This document shows, piece after piece, positions 17,459 through 27,578 of a DNA stretch of 51,314 nucleotides. Position 1 is the stretch's first letter, and each line of letters starts with the position of its first letter. This DNA comes from Clostridia bacterium. GTDB lineage: Bacteria; Bacillota; Peptococcia; DRI-13; DTU073. The position numbers were made by a program, and so were the translations under genes. The notes under the pieces are model-generated. The model was not told where the DNA came from and made no database searches. It saw only the letters and a list, made by a program, of their open reading frames with translations. Location: NCBI GenBank assembly GCA_028709105.1, contig JAQVYD010000001.1, forward strand, positions 1 to 51,314, in the 5' to 3' direction.

Positions 17459-18434
17459 CACCACCTTGGGTTAGGTGCTCCAACACACAATTTTGGGCTC
17501 TCTCTAATATACTTGAAATTATTTCTTTTAAATCGCCCTTGAGTGAACATCCTGCTGCTCTGGCATGGCCACCACCGCCAAACTCGTTGGCTAATAAATT
17601 CACATCTAAATACTTCTTAGAGCGAAAATTTATTTTTACTTTAGAAGGTTCTAGTTCTTTAAAAACAAGCGCTACCTCTACTCCCTCCACAGAACGGAGC
17701 AAACTAATCACACTTTCTGTATCTGTATTCAATAAATTATGTGCAGACAAATCTTGATAAGATAAAACACTCCAAGCGATTTTACCCTCTGTAGAAAACT
17801 GCATATTTGTAAGAGCTAGTTTGATCATTAAAAGTTCCGTGAAGGGACGCCGATCAAAAAGATTTTCACGAATAAACCCGATTTTTGCACCTAACTTTAA
17901 TAATTCACCTGCAATTTGAAACGTTTTCGCCGTAGTATTACTATAACGAAAAGAACCCGTATCAGCTGAAAGAGCTACATACAGACATGTGGCTGTTTCA
18001 GCTGATATTTTTTGTGGCGAGGAGGAGAGAAGTTCAAAGATTATTTCACCGGTAGCCGCCGCATCAGAATTTACTAAATTAAAATCACCAAAAAAGCTAT
18101 TACTACTATGGTGATCAATATTAATAATCGGTACATCTTGCGGCAGAGAATATAAAATTCTTCCCACATCAGCACAATCAACAGCAATTACAGGTATACC
18201 CTGAGGTAATTCTTTTTTATTATATATTTTAATCATTTCCTGTCCCGGTAAAAAATTATAACTTATAGAAACTGGTTCAGGATAATAAAGCACAGGTTGA
18301 TAACCCTCGCTAAGTAAATGATGTCCCAAAGCGAGGGCTGAACCCAAACAATCACCATCCGGTTTTTCATGAATAAGCAAAATAATTTCTTTATAAATTC
18401 CCAAAGAATCAAGTAGTTTCTGCCAAGTAAACAT
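17436..18434 (-). CDS. nrnA: DHH/DHHA1 phosphoesterase (NrnA-like nanoRNase/pAp phosphatase)
   Basis: DGDCLGS, DHH (NIDHHSS) and DHHA1 GGGGHARAAG motifs. Its ATG overlaps the rbfA stop (TAATG). Confidence 0.8.
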   Translation of the reverse strand: MFTWQKLLDSLGIYKEIILLIHEKPDGDCLGSALALGHHLLSEGYQPVLYYPEPVSISYNFLPGQEMIKIYNKKELPQGIPVIAVDCADVGRILYSLPQDVPIINIDHHSSNSFFGDFNLVNSDAAATGEIIFELLSSSPQKISAETATCLYVALSADTGSFRYSNTTAKTFQIAGELLKLGAKIGFIRENLFDRRPFTELLMIKLALTNMQFSTEGKIAWSVLSYQDLSAHNLLNTDTESVISLLRSVEGVEVALVFKELEPSKVKINFRSKKYLDVNLLANEFGGGGHARAAGCSLKGDLKEIISSILERAQNCVLEHLTQGGDACGRRA

Positions 18435-18793
18435 TACTTTTCACCATTTTCCTTCTTAAATCCAGCTAGAATCTGATTAATTCTTGCCCCATACGCTAAT
18501 GATTGATCATGTTGAAAGACTAATTCTGGGGTAAGACGCGTCGATAAAATTTTAGCTAATTCACTTCTAAAATAACCACCGGCATTTTCCAGCACCTGCA
18601 AAGTTATCGCTTGTTCTTCGGGATTTGCCATAATACTGACATATACTCGCGCATAACGTAAATCATTAGTAACCTCAACATCAGTAATACTAATTAATCC
18701 CTTAATCCTCGGATCCTTCAACTCTTCATGAATCATGCGTGCCAGTTCCCTTTTAATTTCTTCTCCCACTCTACAACTACGAAGACGAGACAT
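18434..18793 (-). CDS. rbfA: Ribosome-binding factor A
   Basis: RVGEEIKRELARMI and a KH-like fold signature. The second ATG (18791-18793) is 8 nt from GGAGG, whereas the first is only 2 nt away. Confidence 0.9.
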   Translation of the reverse strand: MSRLRSCRVGEEIKRELARMIHEELKDPRIKGLISITDVEVTNDLRYARVYVSIMANPEEQAITLQVLENAGGYFRSELAKILSTRLTPELVFQHDQSLAYGARINQILAGFKKENGEK

Positions 18794-18805
18794 AAACATA
18801 ACCTC

Positions 18806-21001
18806 CTAGAAGATTTCCCTCTTAACTTCCTCCTGGGTAAATGCTTCGAATTGATCACCTTCACGAAAATCATGAAAATTCTCTAAAGCTATCCCACATT
18901 CAAAACCACTGCTTACTTCTTTAACATCATCTTTAAATCTGCGCAATGAGGAAATATTGCCTTCATGAATAACAATACCGTCACGAACAACCCTAATCTG
19001 ATTATTCCTAGTAATTTTACCTTCTGTAATATAGGAACCGGCAATAAAACCTATCTTCGGCACCTTGATTACAGCCCTAACTTCCCCACACCCTACGATC
19101 ACTTCCTTCATCTCAGGCTGTAAAAGACCACTCATTGCCGATTTTATATCATCAATCGCATCATAAATTACTCGATATAGTCGAAGATCGATTTGTTGAT
19201 AATCAGCAGCCTTGCGAGCATTGGTATCAGGTCTGACATTAAAACCAATAATAATCGCATTAGAAGCAGAGGCAAGCATGACATCAGTTTCCGTTATTCC
19301 TCCTACCCCTTGATGAATAATGTTTACCCGAACTTCTTCATTCGATAACCCTTCCAAGGATTGCTTAATTGCTTCGATTGAACCTTGTACATCTGCTTTA
19401 ATAATAATGTTTAATTCTTTTATTTCGCCTTTTTTAATTTGGGCAAAAAGTTCATCGAGAGAAATATGGTTTTGTGTCTGCATTGTTTTTTCACGTTTTT
19501 GCACGGTACGTTCACTAATAATCTCCTTGGCTAAATGCTCATTTTCTACCACATTAAAACTATCTCCCGCTTGAGGAACAGCAGATAACCCAATAATCTC
19601 TACAGGAGTTGACGGTAACGCTTTCGTCAAACGATATCCCTTATCATCTTGCATTGCCCTGATTCTACCGTGTGCAGTTCCCGCAATAAGGTAATCACCA
19701 ACAAGCAGACTTCCATTTTGCACTAAAACGGTAGCTACCGGCCCTCTCCCTTTATCAAGTTTCGCTTCAATAATTGTCCCACTGGCTTTTTTATCAGAAT
19801 TTGCTTTTAAGTCAGAGACCTCTGCTAAAAGCAAAATCATTTCCAGAAGATTGTTCAAGCCTTCTTTTGTTTTAGCGGAAACATTGCAGTAAATAGTTTC
19901 ACCGCCCCATTCTTCAGGGACAAGATTATATTCAGTTAAAGCTTGCTTTATTCTTTCAGGATTAGCCTCTTCTTTATCGATTTTATTAATCGCTACAATT
20001 ATCGGGATCTTCGCTGCCTGAGAATGATTGATCGCTTCAATAGTTTGTGGCATTACCCCATCATCAGCAGCTATTACTAGAATAGCAACATCTGTGACTT
20101 GTGCTCCTCTGGCGCGCATTGCTGTAAATGCTTCATGGCCTGGAGTATCAAGAAATGTAATTTTTCTTCCTTTTACCTCAACTTGATAAGCACCGATATG
20201 CTGAGTAATTCCACCTGCCTCAGTTGCCGTAACTTCTGTATGCCTAATCATATCTAAAAGTGAGGTCTTCCCATGGTCAACATGACCCATGATCGTGACC
20301 ACAGGAGGTCGTTCCTGTAAATCTTGGGGCTGATCATGGTTTTCAGCAAAAAACAGTTCTTCTTTAGTAGCTTTTAATTCTACATTAACCCCAAATTCAC
20401 TTCCTAATAAAATCAAAGTATCTACATCTATTTCCTGATTAATTGTAGCCATGACTCCCATGGAGATTAATTTTTTAATTATTTCTCCTGATTTTTTGTT
20501 TAAAAGATGGGCAAATTCCTGGACAGTAAGAGGTCCTTCTAACATAATTTGTTTAATAATAACAGGAGCGGGTTCTTTTTTAAAAGTTTTACGTCTCTTT
20601 TCTTTATTACCACGTGAACTTTTTTTATAACCTGACTTTTTATCATTAAAGCGGCTATTTTTTCTTGTTTTCTGTTTTTCAGCATACTGATTAGGTTTAT
20701 CTTTTTGCTCAATTTTAGATTTCTCAGGCTTATTGGCAAATGTCTTACGATCTTGAATAGCCGACTTATCACTACTTTCCACTTTTTTATTAGCTGTTTT
20801 TGTTTGTTTTGTTGTTGATTTTTTCGCAGATTCATTTTTGTTCAAATTGGCAACCATCGCTTTAATCCTATCAATTTCAGCATTAGGAATAGTACTCATA
20901 TGGTTCTTTACCTCAAGCTCTAATTCCCGAAGCTTGGCCAACAGTTCTTTACTGGACATGTTCATCTCTTTAGCTAATTCATAAACACGTTTTGTGGCCA
21001 T
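18806..21001 (-). CDS. infB: Translation initiation factor IF-2
   Basis: G domain motifs [20 protein letters not shown] and NKID. The N-terminus [14 protein letters not shown] follows GGAGGTGA. The track's extra 43 codons overlap ylxQ and are rejected. Confidence 0.95.
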   Translation of the reverse strand: MATKRVYELAKEMNMSSKELLAKLRELELEVKNHMSTIPNAEIDRIKAMVANLNKNESAKKSTTKQTKTANKKVESSDKSAIQDRKTFANKPEKSKIEQKDKPNQYAEKQKTRKNSRFNDKKSGYKKSSRGNKEKRRKTFKKEPAPVIIKQIMLEGPLTVQEFAHLLNKKSGEIIKKLISMGVMATINQEIDVDTLILLGSEFGVNVELKATKEELFFAENHDQPQDLQERPPVVTIMGHVDHGKTSLLDMIRHTEVTATEAGGITQHIGAYQVEVKGRKITFLDTPGHEAFTAMRARGAQVTDVAILVIAADDGVMPQTIEAINHSQAAKIPIIVAINKIDKEEANPERIKQALTEYNLVPEEWGGETIYCNVSAKTKEGLNNLLEMILLLAEVSDLKANSDKKASGTIIEAKLDKGRGPVATVLVQNGSLLVGDYLIAGTAHGRIRAMQDDKGYRLTKALPSTPVEIIGLSAVPQAGDSFNVVENEHLAKEIISERTVQKREKTMQTQNHISLDELFAQIKKGEIKELNIIIKADVQGSIEAIKQSLEGLSNEEVRVNIIHQGVGGITETDVMLASASNAIIIGFNVRPDTNARKAADYQQIDLRLYRVIYDAIDDIKSAMSGLLQPEMKEVIVGCGEVRAVIKVPKIGFIAGSYITEGKITRNNQIRVVRDGIVIHEGNISSLRRFKDDVKEVSSGFECGIALENFHDFREGDQFEAFTQEEVKREIF

Positions 21002-21041
21002 TAAATCACCTCCATATGGTTTTAGCTCACGTTCTTTCTCT

Positions 21042-21353
21042 TTAGGATAAATATTTACAAATTTCCTCAGCCATTTTTTTATCAATAATCGCCAGAAGAC
21101 TGCGTGGCGTTGTTCCCAGTATCTTCCCATATTCTTCTTTTGTTCCTAAAAGAAAAGATGGAACCCTTTTTTCTGCACACCATTCTATAAAAAAGCGCTT
21201 TCGTTTTTCAGAAAAATCAGTAGCGATAAGGATAAGCTGTGCTCTATTTGTTTTAAGACAATTTTCCACCACTTTTTCACCTGCAAACAATTGCCTGCTT
21301 TTTTTGGCAAACCCAAGCAGAGCTTTAATTTTTTGAGGGATTTTCATAGCCAA
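21042..21353 (-). CDS. ylxQ: L7Ae-family RNA-binding protein YlxQ
   Basis: 103 aa, with the conserved position between ylxR and infB and an L7Ae-like core (LILIATDFSEK). Confidence 0.8.
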   Translation of the reverse strand: MAMKIPQKIKALLGFAKKSRQLFAGEKVVENCLKTNRAQLILIATDFSEKRKRFFIEWCAEKRVPSFLLGTKEEYGKILGTTPRSLLAIIDKKMAEEICKYLS

Positions 21354-21606
21354 GTCCTACCTTTAACCGTTGCAGCAATTCCTCCGAAAGAGACTGATGC
21401 AGCCCTTTTTCTAGCTTATTACCTTTTAAAGCTTTCGCTAAACAATCTTTATTTACACAAAGATAAACTCCACGACCGGGTTTTTTCCCTGTAGCATCAA
21501 GAACAACTTCGCCATCAGGTGTGCGGACAATACGGATTAATTCTTTTTTCGGCTTCATTTCCAGACAACCCACACACATTCTTTGCGGAACTCTTTTTTG
21601 TTTCAT
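21325..21606 (-). CDS. ylxR: YlxR/RnpM (DUF448) RNA-binding protein
   Basis: RMCVGC motif and GRGVYLC. 93 aa, immediately downstream of nusA. Confidence 0.85.
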   Translation of the reverse strand: MKQKRVPQRMCVGCLEMKPKKELIRIVRTPDGEVVLDATGKKPGRGVYLCVNKDCLAKALKGNKLEKGLHQSLSEELLQRLKVGLGYENPSKN

Positions 21607-21621
21607 GAAAACCCCCTCCCT

Positions 21622-22704
21622 TTATTCCAACTCTTCCTGGTCTTGCTCTTCTTCCCTATCCTCAAAATTACTTTCTAAGGCGGATTCATTTTTAATATCA
21701 ATTTTCCATCCTGTCAACTTAGCCGCAAGTCGAGCATTCTGTCCTTCCTTTCCTATGGCTAAAGAAAGTTGATAATCAGGCACTACTACTCGCGCCATTT
21801 TTTCTTCCGGAAAAGTTTCTACAGAAAGAACTTTAGCCGGGCTAAGAGCATTGGCAATAAATTGTGTTGGCTCAGAACTCCATTTAACAATATCTATTTT
21901 CTCACCTTTTAATTCTTGCACAATCGTTTGGACACGCATTCCCTTAGGTCCTACACAAGAACCAACAGAATCAACATTCTCATTTTTAGAAGCTACAGCA
22001 ATTTTAGAACGAGAGCCAGCTTCTCTAGCTACTGATTTTATTTCTACAATACCATCATATATTTCCGGAACCTCTAACTCAAAGAGACGTTTTAATAATC
22101 CCGGATGCGTTCTGGAAACAAGAATTTGCGGACCCTTTGTTGTTTTCTTTACTTCAACAATATAAGTTTTAATTCTCGTTCCTTGGCTATATTGCTCACC
22201 CGGGATCTGTTCATTAAGACTTAGAATTGCTTCGGTTTTCCCTAAATCAATCAAGACCGTCCTGTTTTCCAGCCGCTGCACAAGACCTGTCACAATATCA
22301 CCTTCGCGATTAGTAAATTCATTATAAATCAGATCTCGTTCAGCCTCCCGAATACGCTGAACCACTACTTGTTTTGCTGTCTGTGCCGCAATACGACCAA
22401 AATTTTGCGGAGTTACTTCAGTTTCCACAATATCATCCAGCTCATACCGTGGATCTAGTTTTCTTGCTTCATCTAAAGTAATTTCCGTTCTGTCATCACT
22501 AGCGTTTTCCGTAACAATTTTACGAGAAAATACCTTTATTTCTCCTGTTTCTTCATCAAAAACAACTCGTACATTCTGTAGTGTCCCAAAGTTCTTTTTA
22601 TAGGCAGAGATCAAGGCTGCTTCAATTGCTTCTATCAAAACCTCAAAATTAATCCCTTTTTCTTTTTCCAAATCACGAAGTGCTTGAATAAGCTCTAGAT
22701 TCAT
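21622..22704 (-). CDS. nusA: Transcription termination/antitermination factor NusA
   Basis: The N-terminus MNLELIQALRDLEKEKGI is collinear with B. subtilis NusA, followed by S1 and two KH domains. The ATG at 22702-22704 lies 19 nt after the rimP stop. Confidence 0.95.
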   Translation of the reverse strand: MNLELIQALRDLEKEKGINFEVLIEAIEAALISAYKKNFGTLQNVRVVFDEETGEIKVFSRKIVTENASDDRTEITLDEARKLDPRYELDDIVETEVTPQNFGRIAAQTAKQVVVQRIREAERDLIYNEFTNREGDIVTGLVQRLENRTVLIDLGKTEAILSLNEQIPGEQYSQGTRIKTYIVEVKKTTKGPQILVSRTHPGLLKRLFELEVPEIYDGIVEIKSVAREAGSRSKIAVASKNENVDSVGSCVGPKGMRVQTIVQELKGEKIDIVKWSSEPTQFIANALSPAKVLSVETFPEEKMARVVVPDYQLSLAIGKEGQNARLAAKLTGWKIDIKNESALESNFEDREEEQDQEELE

Positions 22705-22723
22705 CTTCAATATTTCCCCTTCC

Positions 22724-23188
22724 TTATTCTTCCCAATCAAGTTTTACTTGAGAAATAATCTGCCAAGGAATTGCTATTTCCTTGTTGTTTTCTATAAATA
22801 AATTCAAATTAAGCTGATCATACCGGCCTAATTTTCCCTGATGTTTCTTTTTTCCGGCAAATGATGAATAAGTTTTAACCATGACCTTATAACCTTGGTA
22901 TTTTTGAAAATCTTTTTCCCTTTTCAGTGGCCTATCTAATCCCAGAGAAGAAACTTCCAAAAAATAAGCTTGCTTGATAGGATCCTCCTGATCTAAAAGC
23001 GCAGAGATTTCTTTACTGATTTTCTCACAATCATCAAGATTAATCCCTTCATCCTTATCTAAAAATAAACGCAAATATCGATGAGCACCTTCTTTAACAA
23101 ACTCAACATCTACTAATTCCATTCCCTTTTCCATAACAATCGGTTCAGCTAATTTATAAACAAGGTCACACACAGTTTCTTTTAACAA
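22724..23188 (-). CDS. rimP: Ribosome maturation factor RimP
   Basis: VEFVKEGAHRYLRLFLD and EVSSLGLDRPL motifs. TTG at 23186-23188 lies 7 nt after AAGGGGG and gives ~154 aa. Confidence 0.85.
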   Translation of the reverse strand: MLKETVCDLVYKLAEPIVMEKGMELVDVEFVKEGAHRYLRLFLDKDEGINLDDCEKISKEISALLDQEDPIKQAYFLEVSSLGLDRPLKREKDFQKYQGYKVMVKTYSSFAGKKKHQGKLGRYDQLNLNLFIENNKEIAIPWQIISQVKLDWEE

Positions 23189-23261
23189 TAAACATCCCCC
23201 TTGTATCATATATTAAGATTAAGACAAAAGACAGAGCGCTCTTCTTTTTAAGGCTGTACTC

Positions 23262-23298
23262 CATGAAAAGAGATAAAGAGTGGGTGTCACCCACTCTT
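23262..23298 (-). terminator. Intrinsic terminator after mgtC, located inside the putative rimP-nusA leader
   Basis: An 11-bp perfect inverted repeat at 23276-23298 (AAGAGTGGGTG/CACCCACTCTT) is followed on the minus strand by UUAUCUCUUUUC. Confidence 0.6.
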
Positions 23299-23343
23299 GC
23301 ACTGCGAAAAAATTCTACGATGTACTGCTTCAATCTCTTTTTG

Positions 23344-23373
23344 AGTATAACATATTGTGGTTAGTTTAAGCAA
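23344..23373 (-). promoter_or_regulatory. Putative promoter of the rimP-nusA-infB operon (TTGCTT-18 nt-TGtTATACT)
   Basis: On the minus strand, -10 TATACT at 23344-23349 with an extended TG and -35 at 23368-23373, directly after the mgtC stop. Confidence 0.4.
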
Positions 23374-23375
23374 GT

Positions 23376-24044
23376 TTAACAAAAATCAATCTGTTTTATT
23401 CCTTTTATTTTACTTAACTCTTTCTCTATTTCCTCCCCTTTTAAGTTGTAAGGCCAAATAACCGCAAAGATTAATCTAATAACATTAGTATCCTGCATGT
23501 CTAACATTTCCACTTTACGTATATCAATATTAAGCCCACCTAAAACCGAAGTAACTAAGCCTAATTGACCTGGTGTATCTACCATTTCAATCTTAATTGT
23601 TTTTAATTTCCGTGGTGAAGATTTTACCTTATTTTCAAAATACGGCATAAACAGAAGAATTAAGAAAACAATCACCGTGGTAATAATAGAAGCGAAATAA
23701 CTGCCTAATCCCACAGCCAAGCCAATTGCGGCGACAATCCATAAAGAAGCGGCCGTAGTCAATCCTTTAATCCCAAAACCGGACCTCATAATCGTACCGG
23801 CGCCCAGAAAACCGATACCACTAACAACTTGTGCGGCAATGCGAGCAGGGTCACCAAGCGTACCGTGTCCGACATTTTCAAATATTTCGATAGAAGTCAG
23901 CATAATTAAACAAGACCCTAAAGCAACCAAAGTATGTGTTTTTAGACCTGCCGCTTTGTTTTCACTTTCTCTTTCCAGACCAATAAGTCCACCCAATAAA
24001 GCAGCGAGTAACAAACGTAAAACTACGGTCATTTCATATCCCAT
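23376..24044 (-). CDS. mgtC: MgtC/SapB family membrane protein with C-terminal ACT-like domain
   Basis: Motifs GGLIGLERE, GLKTHTLVALGS, AAQVVSGIGFLGAG and GLTTAASLW, plus a soluble C-terminal ~80 aa. The ATG lies 6 nt after GGAGGG, within the last GT2 codons. Confidence 0.85.
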   Translation of the reverse strand: MGYEMTVVLRLLLAALLGGLIGLERESENKAAGLKTHTLVALGSCLIMLTSIEIFENVGHGTLGDPARIAAQVVSGIGFLGAGTIMRSGFGIKGLTTAASLWIVAAIGLAVGLGSYFASIITTVIVFLILLFMPYFENKVKSSPRKLKTIKIEMVDTPGQLGLVTSVLGGLNIDIRKVEMLDMQDTNVIRLIFAVIWPYNLKGEEIEKELSKIKGIKQIDFC

Positions 24045-24047
24045 TTC

Positions 24048-24680
24048 CTACCCTCCCAAACGTACATTTTTAGCAATTTCCCAATACATTTTCATTCTAT
24101 AAAGAAACCCTCTGACTAAACCTAATTTTTCTTCTTTCATGACGTGAGACATTTTAGGAAGATGAACATAAATGGTACGTAGTTTTTTTTGCTGTGCATA
24201 ATTTGTGACAACTTTTTCCACACCAAAACCTGAAATCGCCAGATTATCAATTTGCTCCAACCATCTTTTTTTGATACAACGCTGTCCGGATAAATAAGGT
24301 GAAATAGCCTGCGCCATATCTGTCGCTAAGCGTCCCTTTTCAAAAATCCCTACAGTCATCTCTGCTTGGCCATTCATCACCGGTCTAATCAAATTAAAAA
24401 TATGTTCTTCCGTTAAGCCGATCAAATCAGCATCAAGAAACAAAACAATATCCTCCAAAGTATACTTAAGACCTATCGTCAAAGCTCCACCTTTACCAAT
24501 ATTTTCCGGCAGGTTAATGACCTGAACACCACACGATAAAGCTTCTTGCACAGTGTTATCTGTAGAACCATCACTCACCACAATGATCTGGGTAATTTCT
24601 TCAACTTTCTGTAATGCTTGAAGAACATTGCTAATATATTTTTCTTCATTATATGCAGGGATAATAGCAGTGACACTCAT
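24048..24680 (-). CDS. Family 2 (GT-A fold) glycosyltransferase, short 210-aa form
   Basis: IIPAYNEE, VVSDGSTDNT and LDADL (DxD) motifs. The C-terminal SGQR and GFGVE segments resemble glucosyl/mannosyl-3-phosphoglycerate-synthase-type enzymes. This is motif-level similarity only. Confidence 0.8.
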   Translation of the reverse strand: MSVTAIIPAYNEEKYISNVLQALQKVEEITQIIVVSDGSTDNTVQEALSCGVQVINLPENIGKGGALTIGLKYTLEDIVLFLDADLIGLTEEHIFNLIRPVMNGQAEMTVGIFEKGRLATDMAQAISPYLSGQRCIKKRWLEQIDNLAISGFGVEKVVTNYAQQKKLRTIYVHLPKMSHVMKEEKLGLVRGFLYRMKMYWEIAKNVRLGG

Positions 24681-24751
24681 GAGGTCAGCCTCCTTACATA
24701 AAATAAATAGATTAAAACTACGTATAAATTTTCTTTATTTAATTCTCATCA

Positions 24752-26464
24752 TTAATATTTCAATTCTCTAGCTAATATATCCATTACCACCATTATTATC
24801 TCCTGAGTACTAACAAATTTTACTGCTTGATCGCCACGTAATTTAAGCTCGATTTTTTCCTCTTCTTTAAATTTTTTGCCAACAGTAAGCCGTATCGGAT
24901 ATCCAATTAAGTCGGCATCCTTAAATTTAACTCCCGCCCTTTCATCACGGTCATCAAGGATTACCTCAATTCCTTTTTCTCGTAACGCTCGATATATTTC
25001 TAAAGACTTCTCCCAAAGAAGATTATCTTTTATGGACACGGGAATAATCACGACATGATAAGGAGCTATCGCCATAGGCCAGATAATTCCTTCATCATCA
25101 TAATTCTGTTCCACCGCCGACGCCATCGTCCGGCTAATACCAATACCATAACAACCCATCACCATAAACTTTTCTTGACCTTGCTCATCACTATACTTGG
25201 CTCCAAGAGCCTTACTGTATTTTGTCCCAAGTTTAAAAACCTGTCCAACTTCAATCCCTCTAGCCGTTTTTAAAGCGGCATGACAGTGAGGGCAAGCTTC
25301 ACCTGCTTCACTCATCCGTAAATCACCATAAGCAAAAACATCAAAATCCTGATGTGGCTGTACATTAATTAAATGATAGCCTTCCTCGTTAGCTCCACAA
25401 ATAGCATTAACCATTGTTTTAATCTCTTCATCAGCATAGATCTTGATATTTTTTAGACTTACGGGACCCACAAACCCGGGACGGCACCCGGTTATTTCTT
25501 TTACTTTTTCCGCAGAAGCCATTTCCAAAGTAAGAGCCGGATGCAATTTTTGTAATTTTATTTCATTAATCATCCGATCCCCTCTAACTAAAGCCGCAAT
25601 AATTTCTTGATCAGCTTGATAAAACAAGGTTTTAATCAATTTGTGAGCAGGAATCTTTAAAAATCCTGCCACCTCCTCAATTGTCGTTTGACTTGGTGTT
25701 GCTACTTTTTCTCTTTTTTGCAGAGGTTCTTTACTATTTTCACTAGGAAAACAAGGCGCTATTTCTACATTAGCCGCATAATCACAATTAGAACAATAAA
25801 CGATCTGTGCTTCACCTGATTCGGCTAAAACCATAAATTCATGAGTAACACTGCCGCCAATAGCTCCTGAATCGGCCTCTACCGGACGAAAATCCAAACC
25901 ACAACGTTTAAAGATAGTCTGATAAGCCTGGTACATTTTTCTATAAGTTATCTCTAACCCTTCCTCATCCCGGTCAAAAGAATATAAGTCTTTCATAATA
26001 AACTCACGCCCTCTCATCAAACCGAAACGAGGCCGACGTTCATCACGATATTTATTTTGTATTTGATACAAAAACAACGGTAGTTGACGATAAGAAGAGA
26101 CATTAGAACGCACTAAGTCAGTAACAAGTTCTTCATGAGTCGGACTAAGACAAAAATCTCGTTCATGCCGATCTTGCAAACGGAATAATTCTTTACCATA
26201 GACCTGCCATCTTCCCGATTCTAACCAAATTTCCGCAGGCTGCATAATCGGCATTAAAATTTCCTGTCCGCCGGCTTTATTCATTTCCTCTCTGACGATT
26301 GCCGAAATTTTTTTAATTACTCGCCAAGCAAGCGGTAAATACGTATAGACACCTGAAGAAGATTTGCGAATAAACCCGGCTCTTACTAAAAGCTGATGAC
26401 TAACAACTTCCGCTTCCGCAGGAACTTCACGCAATGTTGGTGCAAAAAGATGACTAAAATACAT
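24752..26464 (-). CDS. proS: Prolyl-tRNA synthetase (bacterial type with INS editing domain)
   Basis: 570 aa with class II motifs ([23 protein letters not shown]), a central insertion and a C-terminal anticodon-binding domain. Confidence 0.95.
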   Translation of the reverse strand: MYFSHLFAPTLREVPAEAEVVSHQLLVRAGFIRKSSSGVYTYLPLAWRVIKKISAIVREEMNKAGGQEILMPIMQPAEIWLESGRWQVYGKELFRLQDRHERDFCLSPTHEELVTDLVRSNVSSYRQLPLFLYQIQNKYRDERRPRFGLMRGREFIMKDLYSFDRDEEGLEITYRKMYQAYQTIFKRCGLDFRPVEADSGAIGGSVTHEFMVLAESGEAQIVYCSNCDYAANVEIAPCFPSENSKEPLQKREKVATPSQTTIEEVAGFLKIPAHKLIKTLFYQADQEIIAALVRGDRMINEIKLQKLHPALTLEMASAEKVKEITGCRPGFVGPVSLKNIKIYADEEIKTMVNAICGANEEGYHLINVQPHQDFDVFAYGDLRMSEAGEACPHCHAALKTARGIEVGQVFKLGTKYSKALGAKYSDEQGQEKFMVMGCYGIGISRTMASAVEQNYDDEGIIWPMAIAPYHVVIIPVSIKDNLLWEKSLEIYRALREKGIEVILDDRDERAGVKFKDADLIGYPIRLTVGKKFKEEEKIELKLRGDQAVKFVSTQEIIMVVMDILARELKY

Positions 26465-26479
26465 AAAAAAACCCCTTTT

Positions 26480-27565
26480 CTAGTTATTTTCTTTAATAAT
26501 CTTCTCTATTTCTTCCCATAAAGCTTGTACCAATTGACCTTCCGGTAACTTCTTTTTAATTTCACCTTTAACAAAAAGCAGCCCTTCTCCTTTTCCGCCG
26601 GCTATACCTAAATCAGCTTCTTGGGCTTCTCCGGGACCATTAACAACACACCCCATTACCGCAACTTTCAAAGGTATCTTCACATCTCTTAATTTTCGTT
26701 CTATTTCTTCAGCTAAAGAAACTAAATCAATCTCACAACGACCACAAGTAGGACAGGAAATAATCTCCACACCCTCTTTAATTAAACCTAAAGCCCGTAA
26801 AATCTCCTTAGCTGCCTTTATTTCCTGAACCGGATCACTAGTTAAGGAAACACGAATTGTATCACCTATTCCTTCTGCGAGTAATGTTCCAATCCCTATG
26901 GCAGATTTAACCACCCCCGTTTCCAAAAGGCCGGCCTCTGTAACCCCTAAATGAAGAGGATACGGTATTTCTTCTGCTATTCTCCTATATGCCTCTAACA
27001 TTAAAGGAACTTGGGAGGATTTTAAAGATACTTTAATCAAATCAAAAGCCATCTCTTCTAAAAGATGAATGTGCCCTAAAGCACTATCCACCATAGCTAA
27101 AGCAGTAGGTTTACCGTATTTTTCAAGAAGATTTTTTTCTAAAGAACCACTATTTACACCAATCCGTATCGGGATCTTTCGTTCTTGGGCTACTTTGACA
27201 ATTTCTTTTACCTTCCATTTGGCACCAATATTACCTGGATTCAAACGAAGACCATGCACACCATTTTTTAAAGCCAGCATAGCTAATTTATAATCAAAAT
27301 GAATATCGGCAATCACCGGCAAAGGGGAAAAAGAGACGATTTCCCGCAAAGATTCTGCCGCTTCCCGGTCGGGTACAGCTACACGAACAAGAGCACACCC
27401 TAATTCTGCCAACTTTTGAATCTGGGCAACAGTTTCCCGAGCATTTCGCGTATCCGTATTGGTCATTGATTGGATTGAAACCGGATATAAATGACCACAG
27501 CCAACTGTGCCGATAAAAAAGTTTTTAGTTTTTCTACGTTTCATCATCGTTTTTATAGCCACCAT
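26480..27565 (-). CDS. ispG: 4-hydroxy-3-methylbut-2-enyl diphosphate synthase
   Basis: VQSMTNT-like SIQSMTNT, the Fe-S cysteines CPTCGRC and GCVVNGPGE. The start could also be one of the ATGs 6-7 codons downstream. Confidence 0.95.
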   Translation of the reverse strand: MVAIKTMMKRRKTKNFFIGTVGCGHLYPVSIQSMTNTDTRNARETVAQIQKLAELGCALVRVAVPDREAAESLREIVSFSPLPVIADIHFDYKLAMLALKNGVHGLRLNPGNIGAKWKVKEIVKVAQERKIPIRIGVNSGSLEKNLLEKYGKPTALAMVDSALGHIHLLEEMAFDLIKVSLKSSQVPLMLEAYRRIAEEIPYPLHLGVTEAGLLETGVVKSAIGIGTLLAEGIGDTIRVSLTSDPVQEIKAAKEILRALGLIKEGVEIISCPTCGRCEIDLVSLAEEIERKLRDVKIPLKVAVMGCVVNGPGEAQEADLGIAGGKGEGLLFVKGEIKKKLPEGQLVQALWEEIEKIIKENN

Positions 27566-27578
27566 CTCTTTTGTTTAT

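Noticed and set aside
20539-20835. A 98-aa minus-strand ORF in an alternative frame inside infB.
   Set aside because: It lies within the A-rich, Lys-rich N-terminal linker of IF-2, where alternative frames stay open by composition. It has no SD, and its product is pure K/L/N low complexity.
21002-21130. The N-terminal 43-codon extension of infB in the ORF track. The analogous extension of xseB is at 11634-11762.
   Set aside because: The extensions overlap the upstream genes (ylxQ, xseA) and lack an SD. Canonical N-termini with strong SDs (GGAGGTGA, GGAGGAG) occur downstream.
27303-27310. A perfect sigma-D -10-like GCCGATAT on the minus strand inside ispG.
   Set aside because: There is no TAAA -35 element at the required ~15-16 nt spacing, and the site lies mid-gene. 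It is most likely a chance occurrence.
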